In this document: positions 38,001 through 48,800 of the stretch, one piece after another | How positions within the stretch are numbered: position 1 is the first letter of the stretch | Layout of the letters: each line of letters begins with the position of its first letter | Assembly (NCBI GenBank): GCA_031409335.1 | Contig: JANNWY010000160.1 | Location: forward strand, 1 to 64,000 | DNA length: 64,000 nt | Source of the DNA: Chthoniobacteraceae bacterium | GTDB taxonomy: Bacteria; Verrucomicrobiota; Verrucomicrobiia; Chthoniobacterales; Chthoniobacteraceae | Reading direction: 5' to 3' | The notes under the pieces: generated by a model | What the model saw: only the letters and a program-made list of their open reading frames with translations | Told to the model about the DNA's origin: nothing | Database searches by the model: none | Position numbers and translations under genes: made by a program

Positions 38001-40561
38001 CAATCCTGGTGCAGGGCGGTTGGAACAACCCTGCTGGCGGCAATTGGAGCGTCGGCAACCCGGCGGCCACGGGCGGCAACTGGACGAATTACAAGCCCAC
38101 TGTGACCGGCGACGCGGCGCTCTTTGGCGCGGCGATCACGGGTGCGGCGACCGTCAATGTCGATACCCCGCACACCGTCGGCTTCATCACCTTTGCCAAC
38201 GCGAACAGCTACACGATCGGCAGCGCGAGCGGCAGCAATCTGACGTTCGACAACAGTCCCGGAAACGCGGTCATCGCCGTGACTACCGGCGCGCACACCA
38301 TCGCGGAAAGTGCCGTGCTCGCCAGCAGCGCGGTCGTCGGCCCATCTGTCGGCACGGCGCTCACGATCAGCGGCAATCTGAGCGGCGCGGGTGGCGTGCA
38401 GCTTTCCGGCGCGGGAACGCTGACGCTCGGCGGCGCGAACACGCACAGCGGCGGTGTCGCCTTGACCGGCGGCACGCTGAATCTCGCCAACGCCAGCGCC
38501 CTTGGCGCGGGCAGTGGCGTCTTCACCCTGAATGGCGGCACCTTTGACAACACCACCGGCGGCGCGATGACCGTCGCGAATAACAACCCACAAGCGTGGG
38601 GCGGCAGCTTCACTTTCACCGGCTCGAACAGCGTCGATCTCGGGACTGGCCCCGTGACGCTCACCGCGAGCAGCGCCGTGAATGTCGGCGCCAGCACGCT
38701 CAGCGTCGGCGGCGCGATCGACGGCGCATTCGGCTTCGCGAAAAGCGGCCCCGGCACGCTGACCCTCAGCGGTGCGAGCACCTTCACCGGCGGTCTTACG
38801 CAGAACGCCGGAACGCTGAACATCGACAACCCTTCCGCGCTCGGCGTGGGCGGCACCTTCACGATCAGTGGCGGCACGATCGACAACACCAGCGGTGGTG
38901 CGATCAGCTCGATCGGCAACCCACTCGCCATCAACGGCGACTTCACCTTCACCGGATCGAACGACCTCGCCGTCGGGAGCGGCGCGGGCAGTCTCGGTAC
39001 TGCGCCGGGCGCGGGGCGCGTCGTGAACGTAAATGCGGGCACGCTGACCCTCGGCAGCAGCCTCGCCAACGGCACCACCGCCGACACGCTCATCAAGGCC
39101 GGCTCCGGCACCCTCATCCTCTCCGGGGCGAATTCCCACAGCGTCACGCTCGTCAGCGCAGGCATCCTCCAGGCCGGCAGCGATTCCGCGCTCGGCGCGA
39201 ACGGTGCCGCAGTCATCGTGAGCGGCGGCGGAAGCCTCGACATGAATGGCCGCACGCTCCAAGGCTACACGTCGGACATTTCCATCGGCGGAAACGGTGC
39301 AAACCCGACGCTCGGCGCACTGGGAAATTCCGGTGTCACCAATCTCAACGCCATCCGCGGCATCGTGCTCACCGCGAACGCCTCCATCGGCGGCGATGGC
39401 GGGCGCTGGGACATCGGACGGCTCGATTTCAATGCCAACCCGGATGTGACCGTGAACCACATCGAAGCGGAAGGCTTCACCCTGACCAAGGTCGGCAGCA
39501 ACTACCTTGGCCTGCTCACCGGGGCGAACAATCTCGCCGGTTTCATCATCAACGGTGGCACCGTCGCGCCGCATGAAAATACTTCCTTTGGCGCGGGTCC
39601 GGTCACGGTGAACGCAGGCGCAATCGTCCAGCCGTGGGCGGGATTGACGCTGACAAATCCATTCACCGTCGATGGCGGCACGTTCCAGACCGACGGATTC
39701 ATCGACACCTACGCGGGCGGCATGAGCCTCGCCGCAGGCGGCGTGACTTTTAACACGGGCAACGGCGACATCGTCGTGAACAGCGTCATCTCCGGCGCGG
39801 GAACGATCACCAAAACGGGTGGCTCCACGCTGCGGCTCACCGCTGCGAACACGCAGACAGGCAACGTGTTTATTTCGGGTGGAAATGTCCGCCTGGGCAG
39901 CGCGGGCGGTCCGGCGATTTTGGGAGACATCACGTTCACGCAAGGCGGCTTCACCGTTACCGAAGCGCCAAATCAATTCGGCCCAGACACCACGCTGACT
40001 TTCAATTCGGGCGGCAGCCACGCGGAAGTCGCGCTTTACGGCAGCGACCAAACCGTCGCCGGCATCACTTCCACGAACGATCTGGCCGTCATCCAAAACT
40101 CGCACGGCGCGATCGGTCCGGTTGGCGCGAGTTCCGTGCTGACGATCAATCAAGACTTCGACAGCAGCTACAGCGGATACATTCGCGACAACACCAACAA
40201 CGACGCCTTCCAGCTCGGCATCACCAAGGATGGCACCGGCGCGCTCACGATCAGCGGACCCAATTTGGCCTACACCGGCGTGACGACGATCCTCGATGGA
40301 ACGCTCAACATTGACGGGCCGATCGGCGCGGGTGGGAACGTCGTCGATGCGGATGGTGGTGAAACCAACTTCCGAGTCAGCCAGACACTCGCGGAGCTGA
40401 ACATCGCGGACGGTGCCGTGGTGACGCTCGGCGGCGCGGCTCCCGCGCCTGCGCTGGAATTCGCGGCAGTCGGCGGAGCCGCGGCGGTCCCGGAGCCAGG
40501 TTCCGCGAGCCTACTGCTACTCGGCGCGCTCGGCCTGCTCGGGCGGCGGCGGCGGCACTAG
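35024..40561 (+). CDS. Giant autotransporter-associated beta-strand (PATR) repeat PEP-CTERM protein with a LamG-like insert
   Basis: Many KxGxGTLTLxxxNTYTGxTxxxxGTL repeats; LWLDA...IGEVIIFNTAL...YLSYKW insert; ends VPEPGSASLLLLGALGLLGRRRRH; no beta-barrel. Confidence 0.9.
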   Translation: MKPRKTTVRSVRSVLTASIAALLGSAAASHAAVIIWGDATTIVGNTDVLTVGTLGYAYNMSNTAAASATVNTVAFTASNSATALGTNVTIAGLGANNGTAFGSAAGNPYALLPAAYKNLLRGGDFGGVAPATLTLNNLIAGHSYATQIWVNDNRSLGGADRKEAVTGGGGNTVTLDYNSINADGGVGQYAIGLFNASATTQAFSLIGNASTQFNSIQVRDVTNLGYWVGTGGATWDASTTANFASNLFSAALTTTDFATAKAPLKSVTFADTYWNSGAQIAVTQTAITVAAGGVSTGRVAFENTALNYTVTSPDANGITGAGSVSKGGTGSLTLLGGHSYTGGTYVGGGTLFVGNGTTDGLITGNVVIGAGANVTVNNAASGAFPGAISGAGSLTKLNTNTLILAGDTSHTGTTTIGAGTLEFAGTGGPLGAVVNNGTLVLNRASATSIAGPISGTGSIVHAGAGVTALAGASNFAGATNITGGTLRPAVAAGSTLWLDAAKTSSFSTSGNSVSQWSDAAGGVNFASQGNAQAQPTLAVDNAFAGPSKSMVDFGADGNSGQWMQFSNNLTDIRSVFWVMKGSGFLLGSTSTYDFHRDDPLASPTAPIWWGDPEFYSHANIRNGQTYLDGTLVNGTTTGLSGNYQTIDVITTGNVQANALANDRNIAGRVGGQQIGEVIIFNTALNTADRQRVETYLSYKWFGTGTGVGDILPVTTPVTISGGGTLDLSGVNYQTVASLSSADPASRITLGSAAFTVGDGSDTTFGGVISEGGSVTKTGTGKLTLTNTNTYTGATTISNGTLELGGTNGTPGTGALTNNATLRLNWSSANSLANPIGGTGVLVQAGPGTATLTGANTYTGATLVSGGALQLNGAAAGTLATSGVTINAGATLGFTSGAASTLNLAGKPLSLGGTIAFDLGAAGVNDAITTGSFTLTGNSAFTFNATGALATGSTYTLLTSANPIATGGFTISGQAVGRLTLAPVINSNTITLTPILVQGGWNNPAGGNWSVGNPAATGGNWTNYKPTVTGDAALFGAAITGAATVNVDTPHTVGFITFANANSYTIGSASGSNLTFDNSPGNAVIAVTTGAHTIAESAVLASSAVVGPSVGTALTISGNLSGAGGVQLSGAGTLTLGGANTHSGGVALTGGTLNLANASALGAGSGVFTLNGGTFDNTTGGAMTVANNNPQAWGGSFTFTGSNSVDLGTGPVTLTASSAVNVGASTLSVGGAIDGAFGFAKSGPGTLTLSGASTFTGGLTQNAGTLNIDNPSALGVGGTFTISGGTIDNTSGGAISSIGNPLAINGDFTFTGSNDLAVGSGAGSLGTAPGAGRVVNVNAGTLTLGSSLANGTTADTLIKAGSGTLILSGANSHSVTLVSAGILQAGSDSALGANGAAVIVSGGGSLDMNGRTLQGYTSDISIGGNGANPTLGALGNSGVTNLNAIRGIVLTANASIGGDGGRWDIGRLDFNANPDVTVNHIEAEGFTLTKVGSNYLGLLTGANNLAGFIINGGTVAPHENTSFGAGPVTVNAGAIVQPWAGLTLTNPFTVDGGTFQTDGFIDTYAGGMSLAAGGVTFNTGNGDIVVNSVISGAGTITKTGGSTLRLTAANTQTGNVFISGGNVRLGSAGGPAILGDITFTQGGFTVTEAPNQFGPDTTLTFNSGGSHAEVALYGSDQTVAGITSTNDLAVIQNSHGAIGPVGASSVLTINQDFDSSYSGYIRDNTNNDAFQLGITKDGTGALTISGPNLAYTGVTTILDGTLNIDGPIGAGGNVVDADGGETNFRVSQTLAELNIADGAVVTLGGAAPAPALEFAAVGGAAAVPEPGSASLLLLGALGLLGRRRRH

Positions 40562-40619
40562 CAGCAAAAGTGCGCGTTCCGTGCTACGTTCGCCGCGCCC
40601 AGAACGGCGAAAATCAAAA

Positions 40620-43600
40620 ATGAGTTCATCCCCCTCGGTTAGAGAAATTCAGCGCGCGTTATTGCTCATGCTGCTGCTGCTCGCGCTCATCCCGGCGCGG
40701 GCGCAGAATATCGCCGTGGGAAAAACGGTGACCGCAAGCGGCGCGCTGTGGCCGGGGCTGCCCGCGTCAAACCTCACCGACAACAACCGGGCGGGAAACA
40801 GCATCGCGCATCCGGCGGACGGAGTCGCGACGCTTGGCTTTTATTTCCAGACGGATCTCGGCGCGGAGGTCGCGCTGAACCGCATCGTCCTCTTCAACCG
40901 CGACAATTGCTGCCCGGAGCGGCTCACGAATTACCGCGTCACGATCTACGCAGACAGCGCGGGCTTGCCCGGCGCGGTGCGTTGGCAGGCCAGCATCCGC
41001 ACCGATGGCACGAACAGCGGGCAGGGCGGCAACGATACGATCCTGGCGACGGCGAGCGCGAATCCGCTGCACCAGTTTCGCGGGCGTTTCGTCCGCATCG
41101 AGAATCTGAGCGGCGCGCCGTACAATCCGCAGTTGGCCGAGATCGAAGTTTTCCCCGAGCCCGCGCCGACGATCCGCTATTTCCTGACGAATGCTGGAAA
41201 CATTGGCGGTCCTGGCCTGCCCGCGAGCGCGCAGCTTTCGTGGTTGGTGGAAAATGCGGACACCGTTTCCATCAGCGGCATCGGCGCGGTGGCGGTGAGT
41301 GGGACCACGGTCGTGACGCCCGCGGTCGCGACGACATATACGATGACGGCCACGCGCGCGGCCACTTCCGCGACCTCGGTGGCGAGCGTGGTCATCGCGG
41401 TGAATGCCGCGCCACTCGCGCCGGTCATCACGGAATTTCAGGCGGCGGACGGATTGCTCGAAGATGAAAACGGCGACCGGCCCGACTGGATCGAGCTGCG
41501 GAATCCGAACACCTTCACGCTGAATCTCGCGGGCTACACGCTCACCGATTCCGCACTCACGCCGGCCAAGTGGACCTTCCCGCTAGCGAACATCGCGCCC
41601 GGCGGATACGCGGTGGTTTTTGCCTCGGGAAAAAATCGCGCGGTCGCTGGCTCGCCGCTGCATACGAATTTCTCGCTCACTGGCTCCGGCGAATATCTCG
41701 GGCTCTTCGCGCCGGGCGGAGCGCTGCTCGAGCAATTCCCCGCCGACTATCCGACGACGCTGCTGTTTCCAAAACAATACGACCGCGTCACCTACGGCCT
41801 CAATGCGGTGGGCGCGCTGAGATACTTCAAGCCCCCGACGCCCGGCGCGGCGAATGGCGCGGGCTTCGACGGCGTCGTCGCGGACACCACATTTTCGGTG
41901 AAGCGCGGCATCTTCACGACCGCGCAGACCGTCATCGTCACGACGCCGACGCTCGGCGCGACCGTGGTTTACACGACGAACGGCAGCGAGCCGACGCTGG
42001 CAAATGGCACGCAAGTCCCGCCCGCGAACGCGACCACCGCGCCGACCGTGACGATGACGATCCACCCCGGCGCGGTGCCCGGCGGCGCGACCGGCGTGAA
42101 CATTCCCTCGACCACCAATGGCACGACGACCCTGCGCGTGGCCGCGTTCAAGACCGGCCTCGTGCCGACGAATGTGGACACGAACACTTACGTTTTTCCC
42201 GCGACCGTCGTGGGCACGTCGGTGATGAGCACGACCATCACGCAGCACGCGACCTACGGCCCGCAGATGGTCGGCGCGCTCACCGATCTGCCGAGCGTCT
42301 CCGTCATCGCGAATACGACGATCGTGAATGGCACGAGCGTGCTCTGCTCGTTTGAATACATCCCGACGACCGGTGCGGGCGTGCAGGAAAACGCGGGCGT
42401 CGAATTGTTCGGCGGCGCGTTCACGAATTTTCAAAAGAAGAGTTTTCGCGTGGCGTTCAAATCCGACTTTGGCGCGGCGAAACTGGAAGTGCCGGAGCTT
42501 TTCACCAGTCACGCGCGCGGCTGGAAACCCGTCGGGAAATTCGACCAGCTCGAACTCCGCAGCGGCTCGCACGACATGGCGCAGCGCGGCTTCTACATGT
42601 CGAATATTTTCACCGACGGCACGATGCTCGACATGGGAAATCTGAACCCGCACTCGCGCTTCGTTCACATGTATCTGAACGGCTCGTATCACGGCATGTT
42701 TCAACTGCGCGAGCGCTGGGACGCGGACATGCACGCGGCGTATCTCGGCGGGCCGGACACCGAATACGAAGCCGTGAATGGAAACTTGAACGTCGGCGGC
42801 TGGGCTGAGCCCGGCGATCCCTTTGACGGCGACGGCAGCTCGTGGACGCGCGTGAAAACGCTGCGCGCGAATTACACCGGCGTCAGCCCGTATCTCGATG
42901 TGCGGCACTACGTGGATTACATGCTGATGTTCTGCTTTGGGAAAAGTGAGGACGAGTATCGTATCGTGAGTCCGAAGAACGTCGGCAGCGGATTTAAGTT
43001 CCTTCTCAACGACGCCGACGGTTTTCTCGCCAGCTCGAACTACATCAACTCCGTCGCCACCAATCGCATCGCCCTCCGCTCGAACCCGAATCCGGGACGG
43101 CAAAACGGCGACGGCCCCGGCAGCATCCTCAGCCAGCTCTGGCAGCAGGGACACACCGATTTCAAAACGCTGCTCGCCGACCGCATCCACAAACTGCTCT
43201 TCAACAGCGGCCCGCTCGCGGCCACGGTGAATCAGGCGCGGCTCACTGGAATGTGCAACGAAATCCAGCGCGCGTTTTACGCAGAAAGCGCGCGGTGGGT
43301 CGGAAGCGGTGAATCGCGCACGCCGGCCACTTGGGCGAGCGAGCGGGACAACATCTTGAACAACTGGCTCCCGACGCGGACGAGCGTGTATCTCGGTCAG
43401 CTACAGGCGCTCGGTTATTACCCGAACGTCGCCGCGCCCGCATTCGGCGGCGGCACCGTCGCGGCAGGCACTGTGGTGAATTTTCCCGTCGCCAGCACCA
43501 CGGTCTATTTCACGAAAGACGGAAGCGATCCGCGGCTGCCCGGCGGCGCGATCAATCCGGCGGCGCTCATCGGCCCCACCACCATGATCGTGGAAAACAC

Positions 43601-44489
43601 CTGGCTGCGCGCGCGGGCGAAAAACGCGACGACATGGAGCGCGCTGAACGAAGCGTTTTACACCGTCACGACGCCGCTCGCGCCGGGCGACATCGTGTTC
43701 TCCGAAATCCACTACAACGCGATGGGCGACGATGACTCGGAATTCATCGAGCTGTGGAATCCCACCGCGCACGCCGTGAATCTGCGCGGCGCGAAATTCA
43801 CCGCCGGGCTCGACTACGCCTTCCCCGACAATCGCGATGTGCTGCTCGCGCCCGGCGGACGGCTCGTGCTCGTCGCGAGCCTCTACAATTTCCAACTCCG
43901 CTACGGCATCAGCATCCCCGTCGCCGGTGTCTATTTCGACCGGCTCGGAAATGACGGCGACACGCTCGCCCTCGCCACCGCCGCGAGCGTGCAACTGATC
44001 TCGCTCAACTATCAGGACCTCGCGCCCTGGCCCGACAGCGCGGATGGCGACGGCTACAGCCTCGTGCTCGCGAACGCTGCCGCGCCCGCCGTCGCCGCGA
44101 GCTGGCGCACCAGCATTGCCCTTCACGGAAATCCCGGCGCGAGCGATGCGACCGTTTTCACCGGTAGCGCGCTTGGCGACGCCGACAACGACGGCCTCAA
44201 AACACTCGTCGAACACTTCCTCGCCACTAGCGACACCAACCCCGCGAGCGGCCCCGGCGCATTGATCGCAGGCCGCACCATCGACAACCGCGCGACGCTT
44301 ACCTTCCCCCGCCGCCTCAGCGCCGACGACATCGCGTGCGCCGTGGAAGTGAGCACCGACCTCGTGAGCTGGACCCCCGCCGCCACCCGCACCGCGCACG
44401 TGAACAATGGCAATGGCACCGCGACCGAAACGTGGACCGCGAACGGCGGCGCGCTCCAGCAATTCCTGCGGATCGTCCTCATCAAATAG
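40620..44489 (+). CDS. Secreted discoidin + LTD + CotH-like protein (CotH-2)
   Basis: N-terminal NRDNCCPERL discoidin; LTD; KKSFRV, NGSYHGMF, ERW, NDADG; DADNDG C-terminal domain. Confidence 0.85.
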   Translation: MSSSPSVREIQRALLLMLLLLALIPARAQNIAVGKTVTASGALWPGLPASNLTDNNRAGNSIAHPADGVATLGFYFQTDLGAEVALNRIVLFNRDNCCPERLTNYRVTIYADSAGLPGAVRWQASIRTDGTNSGQGGNDTILATASANPLHQFRGRFVRIENLSGAPYNPQLAEIEVFPEPAPTIRYFLTNAGNIGGPGLPASAQLSWLVENADTVSISGIGAVAVSGTTVVTPAVATTYTMTATRAATSATSVASVVIAVNAAPLAPVITEFQAADGLLEDENGDRPDWIELRNPNTFTLNLAGYTLTDSALTPAKWTFPLANIAPGGYAVVFASGKNRAVAGSPLHTNFSLTGSGEYLGLFAPGGALLEQFPADYPTTLLFPKQYDRVTYGLNAVGALRYFKPPTPGAANGAGFDGVVADTTFSVKRGIFTTAQTVIVTTPTLGATVVYTTNGSEPTLANGTQVPPANATTAPTVTMTIHPGAVPGGATGVNIPSTTNGTTTLRVAAFKTGLVPTNVDTNTYVFPATVVGTSVMSTTITQHATYGPQMVGALTDLPSVSVIANTTIVNGTSVLCSFEYIPTTGAGVQENAGVELFGGAFTNFQKKSFRVAFKSDFGAAKLEVPELFTSHARGWKPVGKFDQLELRSGSHDMAQRGFYMSNIFTDGTMLDMGNLNPHSRFVHMYLNGSYHGMFQLRERWDADMHAAYLGGPDTEYEAVNGNLNVGGWAEPGDPFDGDGSSWTRVKTLRANYTGVSPYLDVRHYVDYMLMFCFGKSEDEYRIVSPKNVGSGFKFLLNDADGFLASSNYINSVATNRIALRSNPNPGRQNGDGPGSILSQLWQQGHTDFKTLLADRIHKLLFNSGPLAATVNQARLTGMCNEIQRAFYAESARWVGSGESRTPATWASERDNILNNWLPTRTSVYLGQLQALGYYPNVAAPAFGGGTVAAGTVVNFPVASTTVYFTKDGSDPRLPGGAINPAALIGPTTMIVENTWLRARAKNATTWSALNEAFYTVTTPLAPGDIVFSEIHYNAMGDDDSEFIELWNPTAHAVNLRGAKFTAGLDYAFPDNRDVLLAPGGRLVLVASLYNFQLRYGISIPVAGVYFDRLGNDGDTLALATAASVQLISLNYQDLAPWPDSADGDGYSLVLANAAAPAVAASWRTSIALHGNPGASDATVFTGSALGDADNDGLKTLVEHFLATSDTNPASGPGALIAGRTIDNRATLTFPRRLSADDIACAVEVSTDLVSWTPAATRTAHVNNGNGTATETWTANGGALQQFLRIVLIK

Positions 44490-44510
44490 CCGATGACTTT
44501 CCCAAATCCC

Positions 44511-45605
44511 ATGAAGCTCCACCGCATCTCCATCGCCATCGGAATCCTGATGGGCACAGCATTCGCGGACGACGAGGTTTTTGCGCCGATGTTCAACGGG
44601 CGCGATCTTTCCGGCTGGGTGAATGTGAATTGCGCGCCGGAAACGTGGGCGGTCGGCGATGGCATCATCACCTGCACGGGCAAGCCGGTCGGCGCGCTGC
44701 GGACGGAGCGGCAGTATGAGAATTTCATCATGGAAGTGGAGTGGCGGCATCTGAAGGGCGGCGGGAATGCGGGCATCTTCATCTGGGCATCGCCGCTTGG
44801 CGCGCCGGGTGTTCCGTTCCTGCGCGCGGTCGAGGTGCAGGTGCTCGATCATGGCTATGGGAATACGGACAGCTACACGACGCACGGCGATGTGTTTCCG
44901 ATTCACGGGTCGTCGATGAAGCCGTTCGGGCGCAGCCGCGGGACGCGGAGTTTCCCGAGTGAGTCGCGGAGCAAACCATCGCCGGAGTGGAATCACTATC
45001 GGATCGTGTGCGAGGCGGGCGTCATCCGGCTGCACGTCAACGGCAAGGAAGTCAGCGGCGGCGAAAATTGTGATTGGCGAAAGGGCTACATCGGCCTCGA
45101 AAGCGAAGGCTCGCCGACGGAGTGGCGCAACCTGCGGATCAAGGAATTGCCAGCCTCCGGCGCGACCGCCGAACAGAGCGCTCCCGAAGCGCAAGGGCAT
45201 CGTCCGCTCTACAACGGAGCCGATTTGCGCGGCTGGAATTGCAAGACGCCCGATCGCTGGAAAGCGGACGGCTGGCAGCTCGTGCTGGGCAAAGGCCCGC
45301 CGACGGAGCCGCTGTGGACGGATGCGGAGTTTGGGGATTGCGAAGTGATTTTCGACTGCGTGCCCGGCGAGACGCCGCCCGCCGTGCTGGTGCGCGGGAC
45401 GGATGCGACCACGACTTTACCAATCGAAGGCGCGGCGGGAAAATGGGGCCGCTTTACGATCACGATCAAAGGTCGCGAGGCGACGGTGCGGCTCGGCAGC
45501 GGTGAAGCGAAGCGCGTCGCGATCGAAGGGATGTCGGCGAAGCACGTGCTCGGGCTCGGCGGTGCAGATGCGAAGTTCGCAAATATTTACGTGCGGGCGC
45601 TTTAA
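44511..45605 (+). CDS. DUF1080 (3-keto-disaccharide hydrolase-like) secreted protein
   Basis: FNGRDLSGW, YENFIMEVEW, GNAGIF, EVQVLD, WNHYRI, GYIGLESEG, WRNLRIKEL; degenerate second copy. Confidence 0.88.
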   Translation: MKLHRISIAIGILMGTAFADDEVFAPMFNGRDLSGWVNVNCAPETWAVGDGIITCTGKPVGALRTERQYENFIMEVEWRHLKGGGNAGIFIWASPLGAPGVPFLRAVEVQVLDHGYGNTDSYTTHGDVFPIHGSSMKPFGRSRGTRSFPSESRSKPSPEWNHYRIVCEAGVIRLHVNGKEVSGGENCDWRKGYIGLESEGSPTEWRNLRIKELPASGATAEQSAPEAQGHRPLYNGADLRGWNCKTPDRWKADGWQLVLGKGPPTEPLWTDAEFGDCEVIFDCVPGETPPAVLVRGTDATTTLPIEGAAGKWGRFTITIKGREATVRLGSGEAKRVAIEGMSAKHVLGLGGADAKFANIYVRAL

Positions 45606-45795
45606 CCTAAGAGCGGCGATGGAGATTGCCGCTGAGGACACGGAGGACGCGGAAGACGCGGATGAGGAAGAGCTTGGGCTCCGTATCGCGAGGAGGGCGT
45701 CGGTCACCCATTGGGTGAGTAGCTCAAGGTTCGTAGTCTCCGCGTTCTCCGTGTCTTCCGCGTAATCCGCGGTAATATCTATCACCGCTTTTAGG
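45606..45795. mobile_element. ~190-bp MITE/REPIN-like element with long imperfect terminal inverted repeats
   Basis: Left CCTAAGAGCGGCGATGGAGATTGCCGC / right GCGGTAATATCTATCACCGCTTTTAGG; 9-mer GACACGGAG-type subrepeats in both arms; homologous copy at 55218-55389. Confidence 0.8.
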
Positions 45796-45867
45796 CTAAT
45801 AGATTTATTCACTGGCGAAATCGCTGAGTCGCGTGAGGTTACGGCGTCGCTTTTCCCCTGTCATATC

Positions 45868-48800
45868 ATGCTCCAATTCGTACGTACTTTCTTCCTCCTC
45901 CTCACCGCCGCCCTGGTCTCCACTGCCCGCGCTGATGTCATCATCACCGAGTTTTTGGCGAACAATAACACTGGCCTGACCGACGAGGACGGCGCGACTT
46001 CGGATTGGGTCGAGCTTTTCAACAACGGCACGGCGACGGTGAATCTCGCCGGGTGGCGGCTGACGGATGATTCGGGCGATGCGTCGAAGTGGATTTTCCC
46101 GGCAACGAATCTCGCGCCAAATGGCTTTCTGATCGTCTTTGCATCCGAGAAAAACCGCATCAATCCGGCGGCGAATCTACACACGAATTTCAAGCTGAGC
46201 GCGAACGGCGGCTACCTCGCGCTGATCCGGCAGGATGGGAGCCCGGCGTCCGTTTTCAATCCGTATCCAGCGCAGTATCCCGACCGGCCGTATGGCACGG
46301 CGCAATCGGTGGCGACGACGACTTACATCGCGGCGAATGGGGCGTTGAAATACCTGGTTCCGGCGAACAACACGCTCGGGACGACTTGGACGGCGCGCAC
46401 TTTCGTCGATACGACTTGGACGGGCGGGACGAATGGCGCGGGCTTTGAAACGCTGACGAATGGCTGGCTGTTCAAGTTTTTCAAAGGCAGCTCCACGATT
46501 AGCAATCTGGCGCAGGCCGAGGCGGTGGTGGCGAGCCCGCCGGGACAGGCGACGCAGGCGACGACGGCGATTTACAATTTTAGCAACGGTGGCGGCGAGG
46601 GGCACTACATCGGTAACAATATCAATCCGCCGCCGCTCGACTCCGGCGACATCGAGGATTTCGTGGTGGAAGGCACGGGCATCATCACGATCCCGACGGC
46701 GGGCACGTGGTCGTTTGGCGTGAATAGCGACGATGGCAATCGCATCCAGATCGATCTGAACAAGGACGGTGACTTTGCCGACGCGGGCGAGACGCAGAGC
46801 GACGACGTGCTCGCGGGGCCGCACGATTTCATCCGGCAATTCGCCTTTGGCACGGCGGGCGATTTCAACATCCGCGTGATCGTCTTCGAGCGCGGCGGCG
46901 GCGCGGAGGGCGAGGTGTTTGCGCGGTCGGGGACTTTCAATACTTGGACTGCGGATTTCAAACTCGTCGGCGATACCGCAGCGGGCGGGCTGGTGATTCG
47001 GTCCATCCCGGCGGGCTCGGGAGGCAGCGGTTATTTGTCGCTCATCGGGACAAACCTAATCGCCCCGATGGCGAACGCGGTGCCGAAGAAATCGACCGCG
47101 TTTTTCCGCTACGCTTTCAATGTGCCGAGCGCGGCGGCGGTGACGACGCTGACGATGCCGGTGAATTACGACGACGGCTTTGTCGCCTACCTGAATGGCA
47201 CCGAAGTCGCGCGGCGCAACGTGCCCGCGGGGACGCTGAATTTCGACGCACTCGCGAGCGGCAATCGGCTGCCGTCGCAGGCGCTGCTCGCGGAAACGGT
47301 CGATCTCACGCCATTCGTCGGCTCGCTCGTGAACGGGACGAATGTGCTCGCGATCCACGGCATCAACGACGCGGCGGCGAGCAACGATTTTCTCATCCGC
47401 CCGCTGCTCGCGCGTTACGTCGTGACGCCGGGAGCGGTCAGTTTTTTCAACACCGCGACGCCCGGCGGATTTAATACGGCGGCGGTTTACAACAAGGTCG
47501 CGCCGGTCATCGCAAGCGTGCCGCGCGGCTTTTACACGGCGGCGCAATCGGTGACGCTGACGACGGGAACGGCAGGCGCGACGGTTTATTATTCGTTCGA
47601 TGGTTCGTCGCCGTCGGCGACTTCCCCGACGAGCAAAAACTACACGGGACCGATCGCGATCAGCCAGACGACGACGCTGCGCTATCGCGCGGAAAAGGCC
47701 GGCTCGGACCCGAGCGACAGCGCGACGCAGACCTATCTTTTCACCGCCGACATTAAAAATCAGAGCGCCAACACGGACTCGATCGGCGGCGCAAATCCCG
47801 TCATCACCAATCCCGTCGGCGCGACGAATGCCACGACGACCTGGCCGCGCGGCACACTGAGCAACAGCTACTACCGGATCACCGGCGGCGGCAGCCAAAT
47901 CCTCGAATACGGGATGGATACAGACATCACCGGACCCCTGACCACTTACGGTCCGCAGGTCGAAAACTCGCTGAAGGCCATTCCGTCGTTCTCGATCGTC
48001 ACGGACCTCGGCAATCTCTTCGACCCTGCGACCGGCATCTACTCCAATCCCGGCGGCGACGAAATCACCTTCGAACGGCCCGCATCGGTGGAACTCATCT
48101 ACCCGAATGGGACGACGGGATTCCAGGTGAATTGCGGGCTGCGGCTGCGCGGCGGATTCAGCCGTTCCACGGACAATCCGAAGCACGCCTTCCGCTTCTT
48201 TTTCCGCGAAAGCTACGGCGCGGCGAAGCTCGACTTCCCGCTGTTTGGCAACGATCCCACGGCAGCGACGAGCTTCGATAAATTCGATCTGCGCACTTCG
48301 CAAAACTACTCGTGGAGCTTCGGCGGCGATGGCAGCAACTTTTTTGTCCCGGATGAATTTGGGCGTCTCTCGCAACTCGCGATGGGCCAGGTGAGCAGCC
48401 ACAGCCTGCACGCGCATCTTTATGTGAATGGACAGTATTGGGGCCTCTTCAATGTGGACGAGCGGCCCGAGGCAAAATTTGGCGCGACGTATTTCGGCGG
48501 CGACGCGGCGAATTTCGACACGGTGAAAGTCGATCCCGATCTCGGCTACGTGGTCGAGCCGACGGATGGGACGCTCACGGGCTGGTATGCCTTTTGGACG
48601 CTCGCCGATGGGATGAACGCCGGGAATGGCAACACGGTGTATCAGCAGATGCAGGGTAAAAACGCGGACGGCTCGGTGAACCCCGCGTATCCCGTGCATC
48701 TCGACGCCGCGAATCTGATCGATCTGATGGTGAACATTTACTGGAGCGGAAATCTGGATGCGCCGGTGTCGGCGTTTCTCAGCAATTTTTCGCCGAACAA

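Noticed and set aside
35024..40561. PATR protein as a classical type V autotransporter
   Set aside because: No C-terminal beta-barrel; it ends in PEP-CTERM, an arrangement already familiar in this phylum.
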